64,000 nt of DNA, taken from assembly GCA_014240385.1 (NCBI GenBank), contig JAAZXA010000068.1:29090-93089 (forward strand). Reading direction: 5' to 3'. Positions 1-9,384 of this stretch are shown piece by piece; within the stretch, counting starts at the first letter, position 1, and the number at the start of each line of letters is the position of its first letter. The translations under genes and the position numbers were made by a program. This stretch comes from Methanobacteriota archaeon (GTDB lineage: Archaea; Thermoplasmatota; Poseidoniia; Poseidoniales; Poseidoniaceae). The notes under the pieces were generated by a model that had not been told where the DNA came from, did no database searches, and saw nothing but the letters and a program-made list of their open reading frames with translations.

Positions 1-152
1 TTTCCAGTTATGGTCGGTAGGTCTACTCGTTCCAACGGAGTCCATTCTGGTTTCCTGCGCTGTAATTCATTGATGAGGTGTTCATCTGAGTATCTTTTCA
101 ATCTCTTCCGGTCACCCTGACTGAGACCTCTAATTTTGTGCTGTTTAGTCAT
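1..152 (-). CDS. hypothetical protein, N-terminal part (continues past window start)
   Basis: ATG (cat 150-152) directly preceded on coding strand by AACCGCTC; reads MTKQHKIRGLSQGDRKRL...; open to window edge. Confidence 0.5.
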   Translation of the reverse strand, partial: MTKQHKIRGLSQGDRKRLKRYSDEHLINELQRRKPEWTPLERVDLPTITG

Positions 153-163
153 GAGCGGTTCAA

Positions 164-379
164 TCATTCAGGGGAGATGGTCTTTGCCCAGCGGATTAGT
201 GCAAGTTCTCTTGCAACTTTGTCGCTGAGTAACATGCACCCAATGTATTGGTCTAGGGCTTGAAATTCCTCTTTTGCTTTTTCACAAAATAATTCATTTT
301 CCTTATTGCCTGCACAGATCGTTCTTATTTTGTGTAGGCTGTAGCGTAAATCAATCACTTCTTCCTCGATTTCCTTCAT
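164..379 (-). CDS. hypothetical protein, 71 aa
   Basis: ACCGCTC-ATG start (cat 377-379); track ORF 164..625 over-extended, motif visible as ..KPLM KEIEEEV.. Confidence 0.6.
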   Translation of the reverse strand: MKEIEEEVIDLRYSLHKIRTICAGNKENELFCEKAKEEFQALDQYIGCMLLSDKVARELALIRWAKTISPE

Positions 380-387
380 GAGCGGTT

Positions 388-1104
388 TCAATTGGGTTTC
401 ATTTGAATCCAATTGTAGAGTCTCAAGAACTCGTACATCACATTTCCAGTTGGGTTTTCTGGATCGTGTGTTGAGGTTCCTTTGATTCCAAAATATTTCT
501 TCACATCCTTCACCCTCCAATTTGAGTTTGGTTGGATATGTGGCCCACCTGGACGGATTTCCTCCGTTTTGGGGTCGTAGCCAGTCCATAGGGACAGGTC
601 TCGGTGACTGATTATGAGGTTCCACATGGCTCCCCCCATTGGGTTGCCATTGACGGAAAGGATGTCTTCGCCGTTTTGACGGGCTATCATTTCCTTTTCG
701 AACTGTTCCATGAAAGGGCTTACGCGCATTTCATGGGTTAGGGGTGTTGCATCATCTTCTTCTCGGGGATCTTTCCCGTTAAAGTGATATTCAATGTGTT
801 CATCCGTTAGTTCGTCGTAGAAATCGTAGGTTCTCCATGTTGCTGTAATTACCAGCCCCATGAACCACCCATCTTTTTCGTCATCATAACATTCATGTTC
901 CCACCAAGTAATGAGATTCTTCCGATACAGACAACTTAGAATTGTGTCCATCTGTTCTTCGGTTTTGTTCATATTGGTAGGCATATCGTGACCGAAGACA
1001 TCGGAGTAATAGGGTTCTCCGATGCCCCAGTTGTACCATCCTGTCTCCTTGAGCCAATCTAGTGTTTCTTTTTCTGCTTCCGTAAGGTGCATTTTGTTTT
1101 TCAT
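388..1104 (-). CDS. hypothetical protein, 238 aa
   Basis: ACCGCTC-ATG start at 1102-1104 (..NKPLM KNKMHLTEAEK.. in track ORF 388..1329); stop 8 nt before next start. Confidence 0.6.
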   Translation of the reverse strand: MKNKMHLTEAEKETLDWLKETGWYNWGIGEPYYSDVFGHDMPTNMNKTEEQMDTILSCLYRKNLITWWEHECYDDEKDGWFMGLVITATWRTYDFYDELTDEHIEYHFNGKDPREEDDATPLTHEMRVSPFMEQFEKEMIARQNGEDILSVNGNPMGGAMWNLIISHRDLSLWTGYDPKTEEIRPGGPHIQPNSNWRVKDVKKYFGIKGTSTHDPENPTGNVMYEFLRLYNWIQMKPN

Positions 1105-1231
1105 GAGCGGTTTGTTGATAGACCGGCTACCTTTGTTGAAGGTTGCCGGATATAATGTCACCTCCAAGTGAAGGGGGGCAGGGGGATTTCCGGTGAGGCT
1201 TGGGTGGCCTCCCTCTACCCCCTGTCTCCAC

Positions 1232-1429
1232 TTATTCTTCATAGCGTTCTTCATAATCATGAATCTTCCAAGAGCCAACGGTATTTCCGTTGATATCTTT
1301 GATTCTTCCTTCCCCGTGTCCGTTGGCAATCATATCGCAGATGTCTGCGAAAATGCGCCTTGTCTCTGGTAAAGGGGTTTCATTGAACGCTGCGTTGTCT
1401 ATGTTGTATTCGATTTCAATTTTCGACAT
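1232..1429 (-). CDS. hypothetical protein, 65 aa
   Basis: ACCGCTC-ATG start 1427-1429; matches track ORF. Confidence 0.55.
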   Translation of the reverse strand: MSKIEIEYNIDNAAFNETPLPETRRIFADICDMIANGHGEGRIKDINGNTVGSWKIHDYEERYEE

Positions 1430-1601
1430 GAGCGGTGGATGGTGTGTAGGTCTGACATGAAGACAAATGTTCCCATACTATCTTCAATATTTTGATTTTC
1501 ATTTCTTTCCTGATGGATCTGTTATTCTGGACATAGTCTCGAATCTCATCCCATCTGCTTTCGTTTTTCCCTAGTTTGTTTCTAGCGTGTTGTTCTAGCA
1601 T
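1416..1601 (-). CDS. hypothetical protein, 61 aa
   Basis: motif start at 1599-1601 (catgagcggatt); overlaps downstream gene by 14 nt. Confidence 0.5.
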   Translation of the reverse strand: MLEQHARNKLGKNESRWDEIRDYVQNNRSIRKEMKIKILKIVWEHLSSCQTYTPSTAHVEN

Positions 1602-1608
1602 GAGCGGA

Positions 1609-1773
1609 TTAGACATCCCAACAAAGGGGCGTTCGGTTCTCCTTTGCAATTCTCCTGCAAGTTGCACAGGGGATTTTTCCCCCGTCTTTGACTATCTTTC
1701 GTTCCTTCTTGCTAAGATATGAAGTAAACGGTTTCTCTCTGTTGCATATTGAACAGTTGTACCATCGTGGCAT
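1609..1773 (-). CDS. Zn-ribbon protein, 54 aa (CxxC...CxxC); not in ORF track
   Basis: motif start 1771-1773; MPRWYNCSICNREKPF...CATCRRIAKEN; stop TAA abuts next ACCGCTCATG. Confidence 0.5.
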   Translation of the reverse strand: MPRWYNCSICNREKPFTSYLSKKERKIVKDGGKIPCATCRRIAKENRTPLCWDV

Positions 1774-1951
1774 GAGCGGTAATGATGGATCGACTTGTCA
1801 TGAAGGAGATCGCAGCGTTTAAGGGTTGCAGACTATCCGATTGTCATAGGCTTCTCGAATAGTCGAGAGCGAATCATCTTCTTGGCCCTCCTTTCCTTGA
1901 CTTAATATCCTGCATCTTACCCAGCTACTAATTACTGAGATTACTCGCTTT

Positions 1952-1975
1952 GGTGTCGTCCAAGGATTGGACACC
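1952..1975. repeat. conserved hairpin element GGTGYCGTCCAAGGATWGGACACC, copy A
   Basis: 6-bp perfect stem GTCCAA/TTGGAC, loop GGA, extended arms; 4 copies in window; followed 30-45 nt later by start-less motif variant CTGTGAGCGG (2003). Confidence 0.7.
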
Positions 1976-2013
1976 TATTGCTTCAATCCGTTCATATTCG
2001 CTGTGAGCGGTGT

Positions 2014-2382
2014 TCAGATGTAGTCATCTGAACCTTCTTCTCTGATGCCCCATCGACCAACTTCAATCTTAATTGAAGGTAGGTAATGTTCATGGCAATT
2101 CTGTATCTCGAATGCAAGCATTCCATCGGGTTCGGAATCATAAGCACCATATTTGCGCCAGACAGACAATAATGCTCGCATTTGTGTCTGTAGGCTCTTT
2201 GCAAGAAGTATTGCATTCTCTGTGTCGATATCATATCCCAAGTTGGTGGTTGCCTCGCTGTAGGTGTCCTTCGCCATGATGGTGAAAGATTCACTCAACA
2301 TTGCTCCTACTGTTTCACAATCCATGCTTGCAGTATACAGTTGCCATGTTTGGGCATCTAGTTTACACTTGTAGTGTTTCAT
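2014..2382 (-). CDS. hypothetical protein, 122 aa
   Basis: motif start 2380-2382; matches track ORF. Confidence 0.6.
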   Translation of the reverse strand: MKHYKCKLDAQTWQLYTASMDCETVGAMLSESFTIMAKDTYSEATTNLGYDIDTENAILLAKSLQTQMRALLSVWRKYGAYDSEPDGMLAFEIQNCHEHYLPSIKIEVGRWGIREEGSDDYI

Positions 2383-2393
2383 GAGCGGTGTTG

Positions 2394-2900
2394 TTATGGT
2401 CCTTCCACATCAACTGTGTCGTTCCAAGTGCAACTGGTAATGTGGTCCCATTCAACTCTTTCAGCGTCTTCACCATCAACATTCCAGGTATGCTCCGTTA
2501 GAGCATTTCTGAAATCGTAGGATGCATACGATAGAGCGTTGTAAGCTTCTTCGGTAGCATCGCTGTTGGCTTTCACGCCTTTGGCGTTCGCATCTCCACT
2601 GCAGTACAGGCGACTTAACGCCCTGAATAGTAAGATTTCCAACGGTGATGGTGTCCAACTCATTGCTCGTTGGATCTCTTCTTCTATCTCTAACTCTGCT
2701 TCGTTGCGGCTGTGCGGTGAGCCTGTTTCGTTGTGGGCGACATGCAGTTGCCAGTCGTTGAGCGCCTCTAGCGCATCAGCGGGTCTATCTTTTTCTCCTA
2801 AGATGTCGCTTAATCTGTTCAAGGCCTCAGTCAAACTTGGAATCGTATGATTCGCAAGATGTTGTCCTGCCCTTGTGTTTAACCAATTTCTATTAGTCAT
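2394..2900 (-). CDS. hypothetical protein, 168 aa
   Basis: motif start 2898-2900 (..HMKPLM TNRNW.. in track ORF 2394..2957). Confidence 0.6.
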   Translation of the reverse strand: MTNRNWLNTRAGQHLANHTIPSLTEALNRLSDILGEKDRPADALEALNDWQLHVAHNETGSPHSRNEAELEIEEEIQRAMSWTPSPLEILLFRALSRLYCSGDANAKGVKANSDATEEAYNALSYASYDFRNALTEHTWNVDGEDAERVEWDHITSCTWNDTVDVEGP

Positions 2901-2908
2901 GAGCGGTT

Positions 2909-3856
2909 TCATGTGGGTCCATTGGATTCTCCGTATGCGCCACTTGGTAGAGTCCATCCTCCCCTGGAACGAATCAATTGTCTTTCTTCAATCCATGCCT
3001 CGACGAGGTATGTGACGCCTTCGTATGGTGTTCCTTTCTCTACCAATTCTCGGACACTCACGCCTTGCTTGATTGTAAAACCGAATTCTTCTTCGTATTT
3101 CGCAATCTTCTCCACCATTGCTGGATAGAGTTCGGCGGCTGATGCCCATTGATTCGCATTTCCGAATATGCAGGTAATGCATGACAGTCTGCCCCATCCT
3201 AGCCAGTATGCTGGATGAGCCATGATTCTGTGTTTTTCCATGATTTCCCACACTTGTTTTTCTGTCCAATCGTGAATTGGCCTCCAATGATGCACCGTTC
3301 TCAATTTTCCATGACAACGGTGATTCTCGAAGGTGTTGTAGTTGGATCGTGATTTGCTTTCTCCTGCTCTCTCACCAGTCACAACAAGGGTCTTCTTGCC
3401 CTTGAATCGTTCTTGGTTGTTGATTGCTGCGCTCATCACATCGATTTTCAAATAGGCACTGCACCATCTTACCCGCAGATCTGCGGAGACTTGTGGAAAC
3501 TTGCGCCTTGTACCATCAGGGCCTTTACCCCCTGATGAATCGATTGTTCCGTCTGGGTTCTCCCAGAACACCTTGCCTGTCGGGCTGTTATCTCGTAGCA
3601 TCTCTTGCTCGAATCCGCCATCTCTCCAACTGAAGTAGATGGGAACATTGAATTCCTTTGCGAATTCCCGACAGTAATCTTCTGTTATCGGCCAATCCAT
3701 GAATGGATCGCTTCCTGGCGCACCATCAATGAGATGGTGCCACAGTTCTATTTTCTCTTTGTCAACACCGTTGTCTAGCAGGTCAAGGAAACAAGCTGTT
3801 GAGTCCTTTCCTCCGCTAAAGGCAACGATGATGTAATCGTATTCATTTAGGTTCAT
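2909..3856 (-). CDS. PP-loop ATP pyrophosphatase (PAPS reductase / DndC / QueC-like superfamily)
   Basis: N-terminal YIIVAFSGGKDSTACFL = SGGxDS PP-loop; motif start 3854-3856; 315 aa. Confidence 0.6.
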   Translation of the reverse strand: MNLNEYDYIIVAFSGGKDSTACFLDLLDNGVDKEKIELWHHLIDGAPGSDPFMDWPITEDYCREFAKEFNVPIYFSWRDGGFEQEMLRDNSPTGKVFWENPDGTIDSSGGKGPDGTRRKFPQVSADLRVRWCSAYLKIDVMSAAINNQERFKGKKTLVVTGERAGESKSRSNYNTFENHRCHGKLRTVHHWRPIHDWTEKQVWEIMEKHRIMAHPAYWLGWGRLSCITCIFGNANQWASAAELYPAMVEKIAKYEEEFGFTIKQGVSVRELVEKGTPYEGVTYLVEAWIEERQLIRSRGGWTLPSGAYGESNGPT

Positions 3857-3892
3857 GAGCGGTTCATTCCGACAAGGGAATTTCCTTGTTGG

Positions 3893-4126
3893 TTATTGTA
3901 GTTGTGAAACTGTTGTTACTGCGCGTTCGCCTTTAATCACCTTCTGTAAAGCATGAAGGCTGATTACAAGGGGGATGTAGGTTTGCCCATCCCCTGTTGT
4001 GTATGTTTCACAGTTTCCCATTTCGTTTACATTGATGGAGATCTTGATTGCTCCACCTTGGTTGCTTCTTCGGGCGTAGCCCACTAGCCTAGCGGGTGCC
4101 GTATCATCTTTTTCTTCAATAGACAT
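3893..4126 (-). CDS. hypothetical protein, 77 aa
   Basis: motif start 4124-4126. Confidence 0.5.
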   Translation of the reverse strand: MSIEEKDDTAPARLVGYARRSNQGGAIKISINVNEMGNCETYTTGDGQTYIPLVISLHALQKVIKGERAVTTVSQLQ

Positions 4127-4136
4127 GAGCGGTAAA

Positions 4137-4586
4137 TCACATTTCGAATTTAGTGATGCCATCATCTTCCGATAATCTCACTTTACGGCCAATCATTGTA
4201 GCCTGTTTTCGAAGTGCTTTGATTTTAGCGTGTTGTTCTAGCAGTCCTTCTCCATCTAGCATTGCTATGATTTGGAAGGCTTTTTTGTGCGAACGAATAC
4301 TATCCAGAATATCGTCAATCTTCGACAATAGTTCCCACATCTCGGGGCTTATCGTCATCTTGACTGCAGTTCTGTAATCGTCTGCACAGAATCCCTTTCC
4401 ATTAGTTTCTCTTCCTTTGACGAAGTGTCCGTGGCCGATGTGACCGGGGACTGGGAGTTTCGCAAAAATATTCTCTCTAAGGGTTGAGTCGTTTCTGCAT
4501 ATACAGAGGGGATTAGCCCTCATTCTCTCTCTCCCGCCAATACTCCAAGAAGCGGGGGAGAACTGTAGTGTAAATTCAGTTTTCAT
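4137..4586 (-). CDS. 6-pyruvoyl-tetrahydropterin synthase / QueD-like protein (putative)
   Basis: FSPASW near N-terminus (cf. FSAAH) and PGHIGHGHFVKG (cf. PTPS/QueD NGHGHNY / RLHGHSF Zn-site motif); motif start 4584-4586. Confidence 0.4.
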   Translation of the reverse strand: MKTEFTLQFSPASWSIGGRERMRANPLCICRNDSTLRENIFAKLPVPGHIGHGHFVKGRETNGKGFCADDYRTAVKMTISPEMWELLSKIDDILDSIRSHKKAFQIIAMLDGEGLLEQHAKIKALRKQATMIGRKVRLSEDDGITKFEM

Positions 4587-4597
4587 GAGCGGTCCCT

Positions 4598-4849
4598 TTA
4601 GGCTAGGGGATTTAATCCTTCTTTCCTGATTATTTCAGTCACTTGAAATTGGTGCCGGTGTTTGGTACAGGTTTCGTTAAGAAGGGGTTCCCAATGGGGT
4701 GCTAAAAGGGCGTTTTTGTTTCCTGGACATACTCCAGTATGTCCTTTGGTAATATTCTCTAATTCTTCCTCTGTTGCCCAGCCTTCTTCGGGCCAGGTGT
4801 GCTCTGCTTTACAGAACTTGCATCGGAAGATTGCTTTTATCTCTGCCAT
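4598..4849 (-). CDS. Cys-rich Zn-binding protein, 83 aa
   Basis: CKFCKAEH...CPGN; motif start 4847-4849. Confidence 0.55.
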   Translation of the reverse strand: MAEIKAIFRCKFCKAEHTWPEEGWATEEELENITKGHTGVCPGNKNALLAPHWEPLLNETCTKHRHQFQVTEIIRKEGLNPLA

Positions 4850-4856
4850 GAGCGGT

Positions 4857-5087
4857 TCAATTTGTTACTTGCCAAATTGATTCTTTCCATCGTCGGCCTC
4901 TGTCGTAACATCTCTTTGTTTCGACCTTGACGAACTCTGGGTTCTTTCCCAAGACATTGTTCAATGTTTGGATTGAGGTTCCTTCTTTGGTATTCATATT
5001 GATGTGCTCAAGTATCTCATGTGTTGAGGCATTTCCTTTCTCTTGCACATACTCTATTGCCATTTTCTTGATTCTAATGGAGACCAT
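4857..5087 (-). CDS. hypothetical protein, 76 aa
   Basis: motif start 5085-5087 (track ORF 4857..5156 over-extended). Confidence 0.5.
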   Translation of the reverse strand: MVSIRIKKMAIEYVQEKGNASTHEILEHINMNTKEGTSIQTLNNVLGKNPEFVKVETKRCYDRGRRWKESIWQVTN

Positions 5088-5095
5088 GAGCGGTT

Positions 5096-5251
5096 CTATT
5101 CGGGCTGTAGAATTTTGTATTGTAACAGGCCCACTTTCAGGAAGTGCCTGATACAATCTGATCTAGATAACCCGTGCGTATCTGCGATTTCATCAATTTG
5201 TTTCAATTGACCTTTGCTTATTCTGAGACTCACCATCCCTTTTGTTGTCAT
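5096..5251 (-). CDS. ribbon-helix-helix (CopG/Arc-like) DNA-binding protein, 51 aa; not in ORF track
   Basis: motif start 5249-5251; MTTKGMVSLRISKGQLKQIDEIADTHGLSRSDCIRHFLKVGL shows beta-strand/helix/helix RHH pattern. Confidence 0.5.
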   Translation of the reverse strand: MTTKGMVSLRISKGQLKQIDEIADTHGLSRSDCIRHFLKVGLLQYKILQPE

Positions 5252-5260
5252 GAGCGGTGT

Positions 5261-5470
5261 TCAGGAAAAGTCTGCTCCGCAATTGTAGCATTGATCTATT
5301 CCTGTGTTTGCATGGTGGTCGCAACATTTCGGGCAGATTTCATTTTCTGCACAAGGGCAACCGTTCAAGATTCTTCGCATCTCTTTAATCCAGCAATTTA
5401 CCAAATAGCGTTGGGTTTCTGTAGTAAAGGTGTCGATGTTGTTTTCCATGTCTTCAAGTATTGTTTCCAT
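5261..5470 (-). CDS. Cys-rich protein, 69 aa
   Basis: motif start 5468-5470; CPCAENEICPKCCDHH...CYNCG. Confidence 0.5.
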   Translation of the reverse strand: METILEDMENNIDTFTTETQRYLVNCWIKEMRRILNGCPCAENEICPKCCDHHANTGIDQCYNCGADFS

Positions 5471-5478
5471 GAGCGGTT

Positions 5479-6354
5479 TCAAACTGGAACCCATAGTTTC
5501 CTGCCATTAGATGAACAGGCTCGGACTAGAGAGGCTGCAGCACTTGGAGAATTGAAGGTCACATCTCGAGTAAATCGTAAATGTTTGCCGTCTTCAATTA
5601 TTGCTCCTTTTTCAAGGAGTTCTTTTCTCCATCTTTGCTCGCTTAACCTCCATGAGTCTCGGGGTTGCTTGTTTGCTGTAGATCCACGAAATACCACGAA
5701 CTTCTCGTTGCGGTATTGGCCTGTTGCTTCAACACCATTTGTTAGTGCAAGCTTCAGCATATCGTTGTCCCAGTATTCTTCTGATAGCCAGTTTCCCTTG
5801 TTATCCATGCATAGAACCTGCTTACCGCCGGCTCCTTCCCATGGACTGTTTGAAAATACGACTGATACTGACGGCCATCTTGACGCTCCGCCCTTAACAT
5901 GTGCAGGGCCGGTGAAGTCAAGTCTCCCTTTGAAGAAAACCAAATGCGAAGCATGAGGAAAAATCCAATTATGCCACATCAGGGTTTCACAGTTGGTAGG
6001 TCGGATTAGCAAGACGACGATTTCTGCATCGCCATTCTGCACAGAATCAAATGCCTTCTTTACGAACGGTTTGATTCCGTGGCTTGTTTTGCTGGAGTAT
6101 GGCGGGTTGCACCATACTATTCCTTCCCACTTCTGTTCTAGGGAGTCCATCTCAATATCGTAGTAATTCTCGCATAGGGCGTTTTCTTCGCTTGCAGCCG
6201 CATCCAATGTGAATGGGCCGAATCTGGCATTTAGAGAATCGAATATTGCTGTCGGAGTGCGCATGTCGTTTTCATCGCTATTCTTCTGCTTTCGATTCTT
6301 ATGCCAGGAGCGAACTTCCTCTGGCGTCATTTCAATTGATATCTTTTCAGACAT
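5479..6354 (-). CDS. DNA N6-adenine methyltransferase (phage Dam-like family)
   Basis: IVWCNPPYS catalytic NPPY motif; motif start 6352-6354; 291 aa. Confidence 0.7.
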   Translation of the reverse strand: MSEKISIEMTPEEVRSWHKNRKQKNSDENDMRTPTAIFDSLNARFGPFTLDAAASEENALCENYYDIEMDSLEQKWEGIVWCNPPYSSKTSHGIKPFVKKAFDSVQNGDAEIVVLLIRPTNCETLMWHNWIFPHASHLVFFKGRLDFTGPAHVKGGASRWPSVSVVFSNSPWEGAGGKQVLCMDNKGNWLSEEYWDNDMLKLALTNGVEATGQYRNEKFVVFRGSTANKQPRDSWRLSEQRWRKELLEKGAIIEDGKHLRFTRDVTFNSPSAAASLVRACSSNGRKLWVPV

Positions 6355-6361
6355 GAGCGGT

Positions 6362-6652
6362 TCAAGGAGGGGAAGGCCATGTTGGGCAATGTTCTCTCAA
6401 CATTGCTGCCAATATCTCAGTAGCCTCTGAAGCTACTTCTCGGCTAATCCCTCGTTCAGTCCATTGGTCGTAATTGCCTTCTAGATTTTCGTAGTCCAGA
6501 AGTTTCAAGCATTCGTATGCTGCAATTGCAACGCTTTGATCATATTTGCATGTACCCTGTAATCCACAGCATGGACAACAGACGCACATTCCTTCACCAC
6601 CATTCCATGTGGCTGCTCCGCAAGTGCAGGGGTATGTTTTCTTTTTTGTCAT
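6362..6652 (-). CDS. Cys-rich protein, 96 aa
   Basis: motif start 6650-6652; CTCGAATWNGGEGMCVCCPCCGLQGTC. Confidence 0.5.
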   Translation of the reverse strand: MTKKKTYPCTCGAATWNGGEGMCVCCPCCGLQGTCKYDQSVAIAAYECLKLLDYENLEGNYDQWTERGISREVASEATEILAAMLREHCPTWPSPP

Positions 6653-6766
6653 GAGCGGTGTCCTCGATTATGAGGATGATTTCGGTTATTTCTCCGTTGT
6701 TGTCTCTCTTTACATCATGTGGTGTGCAAAGTCCGTATTTGGGGTGCATGTAATGCATGAGCGGTT

Positions 6767-7237
6767 TCATTCATCGAATGAAAGTTTGTCAAAACCGAAG
6801 TTCATCGTGTAGTAGTAACCATCATAAATCTCACCATATCCCTCGATGACAACTATGTCACCAATGGACATTGATGTGTGTCCGACTTCGTTTTCACTCA
6901 TCCAGTTCTGTCCGAATCTTGGATTATCTGGTTCGAGCGGTATTGCGTTGTCGAACTCGTCATAGCAGTTAATCCTGCCTTTGCCGTCCCAATTACGATA
7001 TTCTTCTGCAAGTGGGTTTGTTGCGTATGAGTTCATTCTTCGGAAGATGGCTTCAAGGGTGATTTTTGGTTCGTTATCCTGTGAAGGAACCAAGCACAAG
7101 CCGTCTTCCTCAAGGTTGAATACGACCCAACTGGGCAACTCAGCCCATTGTTCTTCGATTTCTTGCTTTGTTTGTAGTTTCCTGTCTCGGAACATAAATT
7201 CACAGTTCCTCTTTCCGTACAAGATCTTAATCTTCAT
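6767..7237 (-). CDS. hypothetical protein, 156 aa
   Basis: motif start 7235-7237. Confidence 0.55.
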   Translation of the reverse strand: MKIKILYGKRNCEFMFRDRKLQTKQEIEEQWAELPSWVVFNLEEDGLCLVPSQDNEPKITLEAIFRRMNSYATNPLAEEYRNWDGKGRINCYDEFDNAIPLEPDNPRFGQNWMSENEVGHTSMSIGDIVVIEGYGEIYDGYYYTMNFGFDKLSFDE

Positions 7238-7246
7238 GAGCGGTAT

Positions 7247-8152
7247 TCAGTCTCGGTAATTCGGGAACTTGTAGTACATAAGCCACCATGTTCCTCTAAT
7301 CTCATCGCCACAATTACTGCAGCATTGAGCCTTGCCGATACTTTTCTTCGTTTGTGTTCCGTAACAGTAATCGATTGGTTCTCCTGCTTCGCTACGGAAT
7401 AGTTTCTCGATAACTGACTTTGGAATATCATTTTCAGCCCATTTGAACACAAGTGTTCCATTGGTTTTCAATAATCTCCATAGTTCTCGGAATCCCTTAG
7501 CGAGGTTTTCTTGCCAATCATGTCCTAGATACCCATACTTCATTGTGATGAATCCTGTGCCTTTCTTTTTCACATGGGGTGGATCCCATACGATGTGATT
7601 GAAGGTCTCGTCATCAAATTGAGGTAAGTAGGTGAAGTCCCCCAGAATATCTGGTTTGCATTCCCATCCGGGTTGGGATGGTATAGGCACACCGTCTGGG
7701 TCTTTTCGAGGCATCATTACTCCTTGAGAGCCTTCGCCTTTGACTTCTATCCTTTGATCTAGGAACAATACATTCGGATTGTTTTTGTGGTTTTTGTGCC
7801 AAATCGACCTTGAACCTGCTGTTGCATCGAGGATCAATAATTCATTGGCAGTTGGTATAATGGTTGAGTTGATGGTGATTCTCCACCATCCTCTGTCTAA
7901 ACCATCTTTTTCCACATCTCCTTTTCCTTTCAAGGAACCAAGTGCTGTTCTTACTCGGTGTTTCCATTCGGGTTGATTAGTTCCACATGTGCAGCATTGG
8001 CTGCAGAGATAATCGTCATCGCATAGGTGAGGGAAAGAATCCTTCACATATTCGTAAATGACGGTTATTTTGTGGATTCCCTCTGGAACCACTTTCGTTA
8101 TTCCACCGTCCATTAGTTCCTTTTGCAATTTTCTGTGTTGCAATTGTTGCAT
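7247..8152 (-). CDS. DNA methyltransferase (N6A/N4C class) with Cys cluster
   Basis: IVWDPPHV (DPPY-type motif IV); motif start 8150-8152 (..EEPLM QQLQH.. in track ORF 7247..8209); 301 aa. Confidence 0.55.
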   Translation of the reverse strand: MQQLQHRKLQKELMDGGITKVVPEGIHKITVIYEYVKDSFPHLCDDDYLCSQCCTCGTNQPEWKHRVRTALGSLKGKGDVEKDGLDRGWWRITINSTIIPTANELLILDATAGSRSIWHKNHKNNPNVLFLDQRIEVKGEGSQGVMMPRKDPDGVPIPSQPGWECKPDILGDFTYLPQFDDETFNHIVWDPPHVKKKGTGFITMKYGYLGHDWQENLAKGFRELWRLLKTNGTLVFKWAENDIPKSVIEKLFRSEAGEPIDYCYGTQTKKSIGKAQCCSNCGDEIRGTWWLMYYKFPNYRD

Positions 8153-8162
8153 GAGCGGTTCC

Positions 8163-9002
8163 TCAGTTCCATCGCATTGCAAACCTGATAAGGTACTTGC
8201 GTTTTGCACATGAGGTCCTTATTGTAACAAACATAGTTCCATATCCGTTAGGATGGCCGTCGTTGACGGTTAGGTCTGTTGGACAATAGATTTCGATTCG
8301 GGCATTGTTCAATACCCAATTCGGCATTTTTGCTAATTGATCTAAGCGGTAAGCTTCTAGCGTCCCCGACATCTTAATTCCCCCTGGGTTATCAATGGGA
8401 ATAATGACGGTGTTGCTTTCCGATTCGCCTGCGGTTCTGCTTAATTTGAATTCGTTCTCATCAATTGCAAATTGTGTTTGCTGGAATGATTGTGCCAATG
8501 ATTTCAATTTCATCTTCAAGTTTTTGTCTTGGATAGTGAAATTCCTATTAGGCCCCCTCATCCTCTCGAGTTTGGGGTTCATCAAGGATTGAGATGAAAA
8601 ATCGTTGCGGGAATTTTTCCATTTGGAGTTGTTTCCCCAACGCATGGTGAATTCACCATCTTCATCTTCTAATTCAACGGTTGATTTGCCTGCAATTGAG
8701 GCTCCACTCATTCCTTTGAATGTTTTCCATTGCGTCTTGGAGAAATTTCTTCCAACTTCTCCATTGGCAATTTCGTGATTAGAATAGTCAATCCGGTTCA
8801 AACTGAGAAGTGGCATTATCTCTTCATTGCCTATACTCCACCATTCATGCTCCTGTGAATTGGGGTCAATTACAGGTGCCGTTGATGAAAGGAGGAGGCC
8901 TTGTTCACAAAATCCGATTCTAATCGAATCCTCGTTTCCAATTAAGCGATTGGCTATGCCAATTATCTGTCTATTTGCTGTAGCATCTAGTGTTGCTTTC
9001 AT
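8163..9002 (-). CDS. hypothetical protein, 279 aa
   Basis: motif start 9000-9002. Confidence 0.55.
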   Translation of the reverse strand: MKATLDATANRQIIGIANRLIGNEDSIRIGFCEQGLLLSSTAPVIDPNSQEHEWWSIGNEEIMPLLSLNRIDYSNHEIANGEVGRNFSKTQWKTFKGMSGASIAGKSTVELEDEDGEFTMRWGNNSKWKNSRNDFSSQSLMNPKLERMRGPNRNFTIQDKNLKMKLKSLAQSFQQTQFAIDENEFKLSRTAGESESNTVIIPIDNPGGIKMSGTLEAYRLDQLAKMPNWVLNNARIEIYCPTDLTVNDGHPNGYGTMFVTIRTSCAKRKYLIRFAMRWN

Positions 9003-9008
9003 GAGCGG

Positions 9009-9107
9009 TCAAATGATTTTTCCACATTTCTGACAAGACTGGGGGTGAACCCCTGAATGTCTAGGACATGGGTTTTCGCAAATACAATCTTCTGATTCAT
9101 CAGTCAT
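9009..9107 (-). CDS. Cys-rich micro-protein, 32 aa (not in ORF track)
   Basis: motif start 9105-9107; MTDESEDCICENPCPRHSGVHPQSCQKCGKII; stop abuts next motif. Confidence 0.3.
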   Translation of the reverse strand: MTDESEDCICENPCPRHSGVHPQSCQKCGKII

Positions 9108-9133
9108 GAGCGGTTTAGGATTACGAGTGTATT

Positions 9134-9376
9134 TCAACTCTTGGGGCGAAAATGTGCCTCGACTCCAGCCCAAATCCATACGGTTTCATGATCTCCATAA
9201 GTGACGATTACTATGTCTTGGGGTTTGTACCCGTCTTGCAATAAATGCTCAATGTTTTCGTCTGGTCCGCTTGAGGCGAACATTTTGAATCCAGGGTAGG
9301 GTGGATCTAGTTCATCTCTTGCGTTCCATAAGACGGTTTCACAAAACCAGCCTTCTACTCTATCTATTTCGGTCAT
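9134..9376 (-). CDS. hypothetical protein, 80 aa
   Basis: motif start 9374-9376. Confidence 0.5.
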   Translation of the reverse strand: MTEIDRVEGWFCETVLWNARDELDPPYPGFKMFASSGPDENIEHLLQDGYKPQDIVIVTYGDHETVWIWAGVEAHFRPKS

Positions 9377-9384
9377 GAGCGGTC